Shown here in pieces: positions 44,468 to 53,226 of a stretch of DNA of 61,879 nt. Origin of the DNA: a virus. Lineage: Duplodnaviria; Caudoviricetes. The stretch is from the IMG/VR virus record IMGVR_UViG_3300046115_000122, positions 1 through 61,879 of that record; one strand, given 5' to 3'. The number at the start of each line of letters is the position of its first letter. The first letter of the stretch is position 1. The position numbers were made by a program, and so were the translations under genes. The notes beneath the pieces were generated by a model. The model ran no database searches and was not told the origin of the DNA. It saw only the letters and a program-made list of their open reading frames with translations.

Positions 44468-44878
44468 ATGGCTGATCTCGCAATCACCGCAACGAGCGTC
44501 GTGCTCATCTCGGGACAGACGTCGAGCCTGATTGCTGGCGAAACACTCGTCGCCGGCGATGCGGTGTACCAGAAGCCGTCAGATAGCCGGGCCTGGAAGG
44601 CGCAGTGCGACGGCACCGCAGATGAAGGTGCGTTCCTCGGCATTGCCCTCAATGGTGGCGCAGCCGGGCAGCCGATCCAGCTTGCACTCGACGGCGCGTC
44701 GATCAATATCGGCGCGACGACCGCGAAGACTACAGCCTACATGCTCAGCGCGGCGCTCGGGAAGATCTGTCCGCAGGCGGACTTGATCTCGACCAACAAG
44801 ATCGTCTACGTCGGCTACGCGACCGACACGACGGGCACGTTCGTGCTGCGGCGGGCCCTGACAGGAGCAGTCGTCTGA
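44468..44878 (+). CDS. Probable structural (decoration-like) protein
   Basis: AGETLVAGDAVY...GIALNG..AGQP. Confidence 0.65.
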   Translation: MADLAITATSVVLISGQTSSLIAGETLVAGDAVYQKPSDSRAWKAQCDGTADEGAFLGIALNGGAAGQPIQLALDGASINIGATTAKTTAYMLSAALGKICPQADLISTNKIVYVGYATDTTGTFVLRRALTGAVV

Positions 44879-44879
44879 G

Positions 44880-45224
44880 ATGCCGCGCGCCGCGGATGGG
44901 GAATGGTCTGGTCTGCCGCTCTATCGGTGCCGCTGGTGCCGGTTCGAACGGGTGAACGACGCCGACACGGTCAACGCGCACGAGCAGCAGGTGCATCGGG
45001 AGCAGGCGTTCAACGCGCTGGTGAATCCGCCGCCGACTCGCGAACAGATCGAGCGGGAGGCCTGGCTCGAAGCGGCGACCTTAGTGCGCACGCTGGTGGC
45101 GGATGGGAAGTCGGCCGCCGAGATCGGGACCATCTTCGAGAGCCTCGCCGCCATCGGCGAGGTGCCCGACGACGGGACGGACGCGGCGGCACCGGTCGAC
45201 GAGGAGTCGGCACTGACGGAGTAA
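44880..45224 (+). CDS. Hypothetical protein with C2H2-like motif
   Basis: YRCRWC.F........H....H. Confidence 0.6.
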   Translation: MPRAADGEWSGLPLYRCRWCRFERVNDADTVNAHEQQVHREQAFNALVNPPPTREQIEREAWLEAATLVRTLVADGKSAAEIGTIFESLAAIGEVPDDGTDAAAPVDEESALTE

Positions 45225-45243
45225 CGGGTTCGACGTTCAGCTA

Positions 45244-45384
45244 GGCGCGGAGTCATGACCTGCGCCGCAACGGTGCCCGACCCGGCACCGCGCTGACACA
45301 CAAAGGGTCGCGAGGACGAGGGTCACTCGCTGACGCCGCTATAGCTGCGGCGCTGGCGGGTGGCCCTTTTGTCGTCTGCGGCCC
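45244..45384 (+). promoter_or_regulatory. Structured leader upstream of the tail tube gene
   Basis: Hairpins 45244-66 and 45271-90; long stem 45320-45366 followed by TTTT. Confidence 0.5.
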
Positions 45385-45426
45385 GGCGTTTCGCGCGTGT
45401 TCGCCAACTAGGAGCAGGAGTCGTCC

Positions 45427-45855
45427 ATGTCCAACGCCATTCTCGCAACCGGCACGCTCATTCAGATGGCCGACGCCGGCGGCTCCGTCTTCACGACGCT
45501 GGCCGAACTCCGGAGCATCAGCGGCCCCGCGCTCACGCGCAACGTCAACGACGTCACCACGCACAACAGCGTCGGCGGCTGGGAAGAGGCGCTGCCCGGG
45601 ATGGCCCGGTCTGGCGAGATCTCGTTCGACATCAACTACGTCCCGACCGAGGCCACGCACAACAACAGCACCGGCCTCGTGTTCGTGTTCCGCACGAACG
45701 CCAAGCGCAACTTCAAGCTGATTTTCTCGAACGTTGGCGCGACCACGTGGACGTTCGCCGGCTACGTCGTCGGGTTCGAAGTCGGAGCCGAGGTCGACAC
45801 CGCGCTCACCGCGAGCGTGACGATCAAGCCCGACGGCACGATGACGCTGGCGTAA
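45427..45855 (+). CDS. Major tail (tube) protein
   Basis: ISGP.L....DVTTH.S.GGW.E...G....GEISF..NY.P, WTF.GYV. Confidence 0.9.
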   Translation: MSNAILATGTLIQMADAGGSVFTTLAELRSISGPALTRNVNDVTTHNSVGGWEEALPGMARSGEISFDINYVPTEATHNNSTGLVFVFRTNAKRNFKLIFSNVGATTWTFAGYVVGFEVGAEVDTALTASVTIKPDGTMTLA

Positions 45856-45911
45856 CGCCAGCGTCGCACCACAGCCCGGAGTAGGGACCGGGTGTTGAGC
45901 AGGAGGAGCAG

Positions 45912-46376
45912 ATGGCAGAAGAGGTAGGAGTTCCGCTGGACGCGGTCGCCGAGCACGCGCCGCCACTCGAGACGTTGCTCTCGGCGGACGCGATTCTCAC
46001 GGCCGACGACATCGAGTACGAAAACAAGTACATCCCCGCGTGGGGTGGCTGGGTGCGCATCAAGGGCCTCAGCGGCAGCGAACGCGACGAGTTCGAAGAC
46101 TTCATCATCGTCACCAAAGGCCAGGGCAAGAAGATGACCCGCGAGGCTCGGATGGCCAACGCGCGGGCGAAGCTCTGCTCCCTCGCGATCGTGAACAAGG
46201 ACAACGTCCGGCTGTTCGGTCCGCACGCGATCGGCGCGCTGGGCGCGAAGAGCGCGAAGGCGCTGCAGACGTGCTTTGAGATCGCCATGCGCCTCGCGGG
46301 CATGACCGAGGAGGAGATTGACGACCTGGGAAACGACTCCGCGCCAGACCAGAGCGGCAGTTCTACTTCCGCCTAG
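45912..46376 (+). CDS. Tail assembly chaperone (gpG-like)
   Basis: IP.WGG.V.IKGLSG.ERD.FE; between tube and tape measure genes. Confidence 0.85.
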   Translation: MAEEVGVPLDAVAEHAPPLETLLSADAILTADDIEYENKYIPAWGGWVRIKGLSGSERDEFEDFIIVTKGQGKKMTREARMANARAKLCSLAIVNKDNVRLFGPHAIGALGAKSAKALQTCFEIAMRLAGMTEEEIDDLGNDSAPDQSGSSTSA

Positions 46377-46729
46377 CGCTGGCGCTGGGCAAGTCGGTCG
46401 AGGAGCTGCTCGCGAGCACCTCCAGTCGGGAATTGTCGGAGTGGATGGCGTACGACCGGATGTCGCCCATCGGTCCTCAACGCGGGGACCTGCGGGCGGC
46501 GCTCATCGCAACGGTCCTCGCCAACGTGCATCGCAACCCGAAGAAACACCAGGCCTTCAAGCTGGACGACTTCCTGTTGCGGTGGGAAGAGAAACCCGCG
46601 CAGACGCCGGACGAGCAACTGCGCATCGTGGAGCTGATCAATGCCGCATTTGGCGGCGTCGATCTGCGGCAGCCGCAGCACCAGATCATCCTGACCGATG
46701 CGGCCCCGCTGATCACGCCCGCGGCGTGA
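46328..46729 (+). CDS. -1 frameshift extension (gpGT-like); slippery site G GGA AAC at 46328-46334
   Basis: In-phase X XXY YYZ heptamer; -1 frame reads RQFYFRLALALGKSVEELL..SRELSEWMAY to 46729. Confidence 0.85.
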   Translation, partial: GKRLRARPERQFYFRLALALGKSVEELLASTSSRELSEWMAYDRMSPIGPQRGDLRAALIATVLANVHRNPKKHQAFKLDDFLLRWEEKPAQTPDEQLRIVELINAAFGGVDLRQPQHQIILTDAAPLITPAA

Positions 46730-47510
46730 GTTCTGGCAGTGAGAGTTGTCGAACACCTAGCGGTGGGTCGTGCGACGGTTCACGGCGCCGTCTCATTTCA
46801 AGGCGGCTATGGCACCGCTTACAGAGTGTAACGAGGTTTGAAAGGTCGTTCGCCGCTATGTAGTCACCGTCGAATGCGTCGAACGGGCGACGGTGATGGA
46901 CCTGGAGTTTGGGTCGAGTCTGATGAAGACCACAGTCCTGACAGGTATTGCCGTCGCGCTCTCGTGCGTGCTGCGCCTGTACGCTCCAGTTCGCCCCTCT
47001 CGCTCCGCGCCACGGACCGACGATACCCGCTGCACGCTGGTATGTGTGCCAACACGTCAACGAGCAGAAACGCTGCTGTCGCTTCCTGCCGTGGTGCATC
47101 GCATAGCCGCGACCGCACTGGACACACGAGCGTCTCTCTGGGGACTTTCTCTTCCACGGACTGCCAATGGCTCGACGGCTTGCGGAGATCCTCAGGCGCG
47201 TCTGCGCGCTGTGTGGCCTACGGCGCGCACCGCGAACGGCGACACGCGCGCAACTTACCGAGCAGTAGCGGTGCGCGCCCAGCGAAGGTGCTCGGTAGAA
47301 CTCCCGATCGCAGTACTCGCAGTTTCGCGTCTGGCCTGTGCGCTTGACGACGTTCGGATGACTCCGCGTCTTCCAACGCTCGCTGTCGGCAACGGCCTTA
47401 CACGCTCTTCCGCAGAAGACCACCCGATAGGGCGGAGCCTGCGATCGAATCCTAAGCACCTCTCGGCCGCACCGCGTACACGGAACAACAAGTCGTCCAT
47501 AGGCCGGCAC
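46713..47510 (-). CDS. HNH endonuclease with repeated Cys clusters, antisense insertion
   Basis: RERDGNTCQDCG..LQVHHRRP..NDLSNLVTLCKRCH; three C..C..(F/Y)C..C modules. Confidence 0.9.
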   Translation of the reverse strand: MPAYGRLVVPCTRCGREVLRIRSQAPPYRVVFCGRACKAVADSERWKTRSHPNVVKRTGQTRNCEYCDREFYRAPSLGAHRYCSVSCARVAVRGARRRPHSAQTRLRISASRRAIGSPWKRKSPERRSCVQCGRGYAMHHGRKRQQRFCSLTCWHTYQRAAGIVGPWRGARGANWSVQAQHARERDGNTCQDCGLHQTRPKLQVHHRRPFDAFDGDYIAANDLSNLVTLCKRCHSRLEMRRRREPSHDPPLGVRQLSLPELTPRA

Positions 47511-47538
47511 GCCGTCATTCTAGCGGAGGTGTGACCTC

Positions 47539-50500
47539 TTGGCCGGCATCAATTTGGGAACAATCTACGCGAGGCTCACCGCTGACGACGAACTGTCGGC
47601 CGTGCTCGCGCGCGCCTCGACCAACCTCGACACCTTCGCGAAAAAAGCCGACCGGATGGGGTCCCGCCTGCAGGCCGCCGGCGGGCAGCTCACGACGGCC
47701 GTCACCGTCCCGATCGTGGCGATGGGCGCCGCCATCATCAAGACCGGCGCCGACTTCGACCGCGGGATGAACCTCGTCAACGCGGTGCTCGAGGCCACGC
47801 CGCCGCAGATGGAGATACTGCGGAAGAAGGCCATCGAGATGGGCCGCGACACGGTCTTCTCCGCCTCCGACGCGGCCGAAGCGCTCGCCGAGCTGGCCAA
47901 GGCGGGGCTCGACGTCGACGAGACGATGGGCGCCGTGTCGCCCGTCATGCAACTGGCGGCCGCCTCCGGCCTCTCCATGGGCGAAGCGGCGTCGATCTCG
48001 GCACGCGCGATGCGGGCGTTCGGGCTCGAGACGTCCGACCTCACGCACCTCAACGACATTCTCGCGAAGGGCGTCAACGACTCCACGCTCGAGTTGACTG
48101 ACATCGCCACGGCCTTCAAGTACGTCGGCCCTGTGGCGACAGGCTTCGGGATGACGGTCGCCCAAACGGTCGCAGCGCTCGCGGAGATGCGCGACGCTGG
48201 CCTTGGTGCGTCCATGGCCGGCCGCGCATTGCGTGAAGGCCTTGAGCGCCTCGCGAACCCTGTCAAGAGCGTCCGCGACGTGATGGGGGAACTCGGGATC
48301 GAGTCCTTCATGTCTGGTGGCAGCCTGATGAACCTGTCCCAGGTCATCGGGCTGCTGGAGTCGAAGTCACTCTCGGTACCGCAGTCCCTCAAACTGTTCG
48401 GGGACGCGGCCGGACCAGGGATGTACGCCCTCGTTCATCGAGGGAAAGAGGCGCTCGATGAATTGACGCTGTCGTTCGACGGTGCGAGCGGCACGGCGCA
48501 AAAGATGGCCGACGCGATGATGTCCGGCTTGCCTGGCGCGCTCGAACAGTTGCGCGGCTCGGTTGAAACGGCGCTCATCGCGTTGAAGGACGCCTTCGAG
48601 CCGACGCTGATTCGGGTCATCCAGACCGCCGAACGGGCGGCGGACTTCGTGACGAACCGTCTGGTGCCGGCGTTTACATCGCTCCCAGTGGGTGTCCAGC
48701 AGGGCGTGCTGGCGTTCATCGCCATGCTCGCGGCGCTGGGGCCCGTGCTGGTCGGCCTGGGCACCTTCATTCGGGTCGTGGGCTTCGCGGCCGAAGGGCT
48801 CCAGGTGCTGATCACCTACCTCGGACCGGTCGTGCGCCTGTGGGGACTCCTCGGGGCCGCCTTCGCGGCCGTCTCGTGGCCGGTCGTCGCCATCGTCGCG
48901 TTCGTCTCAGCGGTCGGGGCGGCGGGCGTCGCCGTCCTGAAGTTCACCGGGCTCTGGGATCCGCTGATGGGCATGCTGTCCGACGTCATGCGCATCGCGA
49001 AGAACCTCGTCATCCTGGGCTTCGAAGAGATGAAGACCGTGCTCGAGGACGTGGCGCACGTCATCACGGGCATGTTCAAGGACGCCTGGGTGGAAATGCG
49101 GTCGATGCTGGCCGGGATCCTCGGCGTGACGGAGGCGCAGGTGATTCCCGCGCTGAAGGGCATCGGGCTCGCCGTCCTGTCGTCCATCCCGGGCCTGCGG
49201 GAGATGATCTCGGCCATCGCCTGGCTGAAGAACAACGTCCCGGGGGCGTCGAGAGGGTTGAAGGGCGCGGCGGACGCGTCGGATGCGCTGGTGAAGGCGG
49301 CACGCGAGCGTGGGGCGCCACCGCTCCCGCCAGGATTCGGCAGTGCCGCATTTCCGACCGGCCTCGGCATGGGGCTCGGCAGCATCGGCAGCGAGACGAA
49401 GTGGACGTTGCCTACCGCGCCGCGAGGGGGTAGTGGTGGCGGCGGGGGCAAGGTCGACAGCGCGTGGAAGGACTTCCTCGACGAGATCAGCGGCCGCTCG
49501 GCGGTCACCGAAGCGCAGAAGTGGATGCGTGGCCTGGAGGCCATCGGCGGCCTGACCAAGATGACCGCCGAGACGCAGGACCGGCTGAACAACGTCCTCG
49601 GCGACGCGCTGACCGCGTACGCCGCGCTCGGCGTGCGCGCCCCCGTCGACATGGCCAAGGTCTGGCTCGCGACGCTCCCGACGCCCAAGGTCATCACCGG
49701 GCTGGGCGAGCTCGCGGAGCACGTCCTCGACGTCAAGAAGTCGATCGCGGTCCCGTTCGAGTCCTTCCTGCCGGTGACGTCTGGACTGGGCAACCTCGCC
49801 GGCGCCGGCGCGACCGGCGTGATGGCTGGCGCCGGGCTGAAGAAGATGCCGACGTTCCTGCAGGACGCCTTCGGGAGCGCCGGGGACTTCGGCTCGAACC
49901 TGTCGAAGACCATCATGTCGGCGGTCACGGGCGGCGGCTCGGTCGTCAACGCCGTGAGCGGGATGCTGGGCGGCAGTCTGATGTCGGGTGTGGTCGGCCG
50001 GTTCTCGAAGACGTTTGCCAGCACGTTCCTCGGCGGCACGCTCTCGGCGATTCTGCCGGGACTCGGCGCGCTCGTTGGCCCGCTGATGGAGAAGATCACC
50101 AGCCTGTTCAATAAGCCCGAGTGGAAAAAGATCCTGTCGGGCGTCGGCCGTGACTGGGGGGTCGACATCTCCGAGGGCCTCGCGAAGTCGATCGAGACGG
50201 ACGCCAAGCGCCTGAATAGCCGGTTTGCCGCGACGCTCTTGCACATCGCCGACATCGTGAAGGAAGGAGGCGGCGTCGAGAAGTTCGGGCTGGAGAAGAC
50301 CATCGCGAAGACGCGCGACCTGTTTGTCGAGGTGGGCCAGAAGGCGATCACGACGAAGGAGGCCGCGACGGCGATGGGCTCCATCTTCCCGCAGATCGCC
50401 GAGGTCATCGTCAAGAGCAACCGGATTGCGTCCGCGTCGTTCGTGGAACTCATCGCGCTCAACAAGCAGTTCGGACTCGACACGCAGGAGATCCTCACGT

Positions 50501-51636
50501 TCGTCACCAGTCAAGCGGGCCGGGCCGCGGACGGCATCGTGGCGATGCTGGGCCCACTGACCGCACAGAAGGAACTGACCGCCGAGAGCGCGGCGGAGTT
50601 CGAGCGCATGGGGATCGTGGCGCTCGGGACGTTCAACGCGGCCATCACCGCCGGCGTCGACTGGCTCACGGCCGTCCAGACCATCGGGCCCGCGCTCGAC
50701 GCGCTGCTGGCCATCCAGACCAACCTCGGCATCACGACCGAGAACGCGGCGCTGTCGCAGTTGCACCACTACCGCGAGCTGGTGAGCGCGAACGAGACGC
50801 TGGTGGTGTCCGCCGGCGCGCTGAACCAGACCCTGCTGGCGCTGTCGAACATCGGCGGGCTGACCGTGGAGACGCTGGCGGCGATGGAAGCGCAGGGCCT
50901 CGCGACGTTCGATCGGCTGACCGCGGCGGGGTTCAGCCAGAACGAGTCGCTGATGATGATGAAGGGGTTCCTCGAGAACATCATCCTTGCGCACCAGCAG
51001 CTCGGCGTCCCCATCGACGAGAACACGCAGCGGCTGATCAATATGGCGACGGAGCAAGGGATCCTCAGCGAGCAGTCGCTGTCGACGAACGACATCCTGA
51101 TGCAGGGTTTCGCCGCGCTGATCGAAGCCGTGGGCGGGCAGCTGCCGGAAGCGTTCCAGAAGATGCGCGACGCGGCGGTGCTCGCCAGCACGGACATCAC
51201 GACGGCGGTCAACGGCATCCCGCGCGATGTCCCGGTATACGTCCACCTCGACGATGGGACGTCGCCGGCGGCGACCGCCGAAGGCGCGTGGCGCGGCGCG
51301 ATGGTCATGGCGAGTCGGCTGCAGCACCTCGCCGGCGGCGGCCTCGTCGCCTTCCAGCCGCGCGGCACGGACACGGTGCCCGCGATGCTCACGCCGGGGG
51401 AAGGTGTGGTCAGCGTGCGCGGCATGGACGCGCTCGGCGCCGACGGGCTCGCGAGCCTCAACAACGGCGCCGGCCTGGGCGGCACGACGGTGCGCAACTC
51501 GTTCGTCATCAACAACCCGCAGATGGACTCCGACGACCGCGTCGAGCAGCTCGCGGACGCCATCGCGAGGCGGATCTATAACGGCGGCAAAACGCGCACG
51601 TCGTGGGATCGCGCGCTGAAGGGGCTGGGCCGCTGA
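47539..51636 (+). CDS. Tape measure protein (TP901-type core)
   Basis: 1365 aa; T.FSAS.AAEA...LAKAG, FKYVGPVA, AG.ALR; C-terminal GTDTVPAMLTPGE.V. Confidence 0.95.
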   Translation: MAGINLGTIYARLTADDELSAVLARASTNLDTFAKKADRMGSRLQAAGGQLTTAVTVPIVAMGAAIIKTGADFDRGMNLVNAVLEATPPQMEILRKKAIEMGRDTVFSASDAAEALAELAKAGLDVDETMGAVSPVMQLAAASGLSMGEAASISARAMRAFGLETSDLTHLNDILAKGVNDSTLELTDIATAFKYVGPVATGFGMTVAQTVAALAEMRDAGLGASMAGRALREGLERLANPVKSVRDVMGELGIESFMSGGSLMNLSQVIGLLESKSLSVPQSLKLFGDAAGPGMYALVHRGKEALDELTLSFDGASGTAQKMADAMMSGLPGALEQLRGSVETALIALKDAFEPTLIRVIQTAERAADFVTNRLVPAFTSLPVGVQQGVLAFIAMLAALGPVLVGLGTFIRVVGFAAEGLQVLITYLGPVVRLWGLLGAAFAAVSWPVVAIVAFVSAVGAAGVAVLKFTGLWDPLMGMLSDVMRIAKNLVILGFEEMKTVLEDVAHVITGMFKDAWVEMRSMLAGILGVTEAQVIPALKGIGLAVLSSIPGLREMISAIAWLKNNVPGASRGLKGAADASDALVKAARERGAPPLPPGFGSAAFPTGLGMGLGSIGSETKWTLPTAPRGGSGGGGGKVDSAWKDFLDEISGRSAVTEAQKWMRGLEAIGGLTKMTAETQDRLNNVLGDALTAYAALGVRAPVDMAKVWLATLPTPKVITGLGELAEHVLDVKKSIAVPFESFLPVTSGLGNLAGAGATGVMAGAGLKKMPTFLQDAFGSAGDFGSNLSKTIMSAVTGGGSVVNAVSGMLGGSLMSGVVGRFSKTFASTFLGGTLSAILPGLGALVGPLMEKITSLFNKPEWKKILSGVGRDWGVDISEGLAKSIETDAKRLNSRFAATLLHIADIVKEGGGVEKFGLEKTIAKTRDLFVEVGQKAITTKEAATAMGSIFPQIAEVIVKSNRIASASFVELIALNKQFGLDTQEILTFVTSQAGRAADGIVAMLGPLTAQKELTAESAAEFERMGIVALGTFNAAITAGVDWLTAVQTIGPALDALLAIQTNLGITTENAALSQLHHYRELVSANETLVVSAGALNQTLLALSNIGGLTVETLAAMEAQGLATFDRLTAAGFSQNESLMMMKGFLENIILAHQQLGVPIDENTQRLINMATEQGILSEQSLSTNDILMQGFAALIEAVGGQLPEAFQKMRDAAVLASTDITTAVNGIPRDVPVYVHLDDGTSPAATAEGAWRGAMVMASRLQHLAGGGLVAFQPRGTDTVPAMLTPGEGVVSVRGMDALGADGLASLNNGAGLGGTTVRNSFVINNPQMDSDDRVEQLADAIARRIYNGGKTRTSWDRALKGLGR

Positions 51637-52355
51637 TGCGCTACGTCCGGCCCGACGAAAGCATCATGTTTTGGGGGGTCACCGGGACCGTCCAGACGAC
51701 CTACTCCGCCGCCTGGCTGACCGATGGGCTGCCGGGGTTTCCCGCGCGAGGCGCGACGTCGCTGTCGCTGACGGCGTCGGGATCCGCGCGCACGATTAGC
51801 TTGCTCGCCGCGGTCAATACGAACATTACCGGCACGATCGGGATCAGCGGCGGCGTGACGGCGACGATCCCGGCGGCGACCTACCGCAAGGATGCGATTC
51901 CGCTCAACAGCTGGGTCGCCATCACGCCGGTCGTCGGCGCGACGTCGCTGGTGATGGCCGTGACGCAGACGCCCGCCATCGTCGGCGAGCTCTACGCGGG
52001 CACATCGCGCACGCTCGAGCGGGACCTCCTGGTCGAGCCGGACTTCGACCCGGCCGACACGTTCCCGTGGGAGGGCGAGTTCAGCTCGCTCGCGCCCTAC
52101 GACAACGGCATCGACTTCCGCCGGTTGGCGGGGCAGACCATCGTCACGCAGACCGGGATGACCGCGATCGAGGACTGGTGGACGAGCACCCGCCGCGGAT
52201 CGCGGCCGACACTCATCGTGCCGTTCGAGGAAAAGAACGACGCGTGGCTCGTGGTGTTCCAGTACCGCGCGAAGTCGCTCTATCGCGATCCGGCGGGCGT
52301 GCAGATGTACCAGGTCTCGTTCGAGTTCCTCGAACTGCCGCGGTATCGGTGGTGA
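51636..52355 (+). CDS. Distal tail protein (putative)
   Basis: Directly after the tape measure; ends VSFEFLEL. Confidence 0.6.
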   Translation: MRYVRPDESIMFWGVTGTVQTTYSAAWLTDGLPGFPARGATSLSLTASGSARTISLLAAVNTNITGTIGISGGVTATIPAATYRKDAIPLNSWVAITPVVGATSLVMAVTQTPAIVGELYAGTSRTLERDLLVEPDFDPADTFPWEGEFSSLAPYDNGIDFRRLAGQTIVTQTGMTAIEDWWTSTRRGSRPTLIVPFEEKNDAWLVVFQYRAKSLYRDPAGVQMYQVSFEFLELPRYRW

Positions 52356-52359
52356 TCTG

Positions 52360-53226
52360 ATGCCGGTCATCATCGACACCAGCTTCGAGGACTACGCCGA
52401 CGGCACCTCCGATCTCACGCCGCACGGCTGGGACAACGGCGCGCACGGCGGGGGCGTGTGGGCCGACGTCGTGTCTTCGCAGGCGCACACGGGCTCGAAG
52501 TCGTTCTATTGCCAGAGTGTGGCGCTACAGCGCACGACCGGCTATCTCGGCCGCTCGGTCACCCTGCAGATGTGGGTCAAGAGCGTCACGGGCGAGCCGT
52601 TGACCGACTTGCGGTCGCTGCAGGTGACGTCGTCGCTCGGCACCGACGGGGTCAACCGCTGGGTCGTGGCGGCCTACCAGCCGCCCGCCACGCAGAACCT
52701 CAGCATCTCCATCTTCAACGTCGTCCTCGGCACGGCGGTCGGCGTGTTCAGCCCGGACGTGTACCAGAAGCTGCGCTTCCAGATGCGCTTCTCCACGGTG
52801 AATGCCGCCGGGACGGACATCAACGCGGACGGGTGCTGTCGCGCCTACGTCGACGACGTGCTGGTGCTGAGTTTCAGCGCGATTCGTGTCGGCGTGACCT
52901 CGGTGCAGTGGGCGACGTTCCAGAACGAGTGGACGATTCTCTACTGGGACGTCGACGGCTACATGGACGACGTGTACGCCGACAACAACGAAGTCACGTG
53001 CGCCGGCACCGCCAATCCGCCGCCCAGCGGGACGCCCTGTTGCGGATCTGAGCCGCCAGAGGTCCCGCCGGATGGGGATCCCGGCACGCCGCCGGGCACG
53101 CAGCCAGGCCCGGTGGACCCACCAAACCCGTTCGAGCCCTTGCCCCCGTGGGTGCCGAGTTGCGCCGGCGGCGGCACGGTGCCGAGCGCGGCCGATGAAA
53201 CCGACAGCGAGAGCTGGGTGCACTGA
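52360..53226 (+). CDS. Tail protein with ConA/LamG-like domain and Pro-rich tail
   Basis: AHTGSKS...DG..RAYVDD..YMDDVY. Confidence 0.6.
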   Translation: MPVIIDTSFEDYADGTSDLTPHGWDNGAHGGGVWADVVSSQAHTGSKSFYCQSVALQRTTGYLGRSVTLQMWVKSVTGEPLTDLRSLQVTSSLGTDGVNRWVVAAYQPPATQNLSISIFNVVLGTAVGVFSPDVYQKLRFQMRFSTVNAAGTDINADGCCRAYVDDVLVLSFSAIRVGVTSVQWATFQNEWTILYWDVDGYMDDVYADNNEVTCAGTANPPPSGTPCCGSEPPEVPPDGDPGTPPGTQPGPVDPPNPFEPLPPWVPSCAGGGTVPSAADETDSESWVH

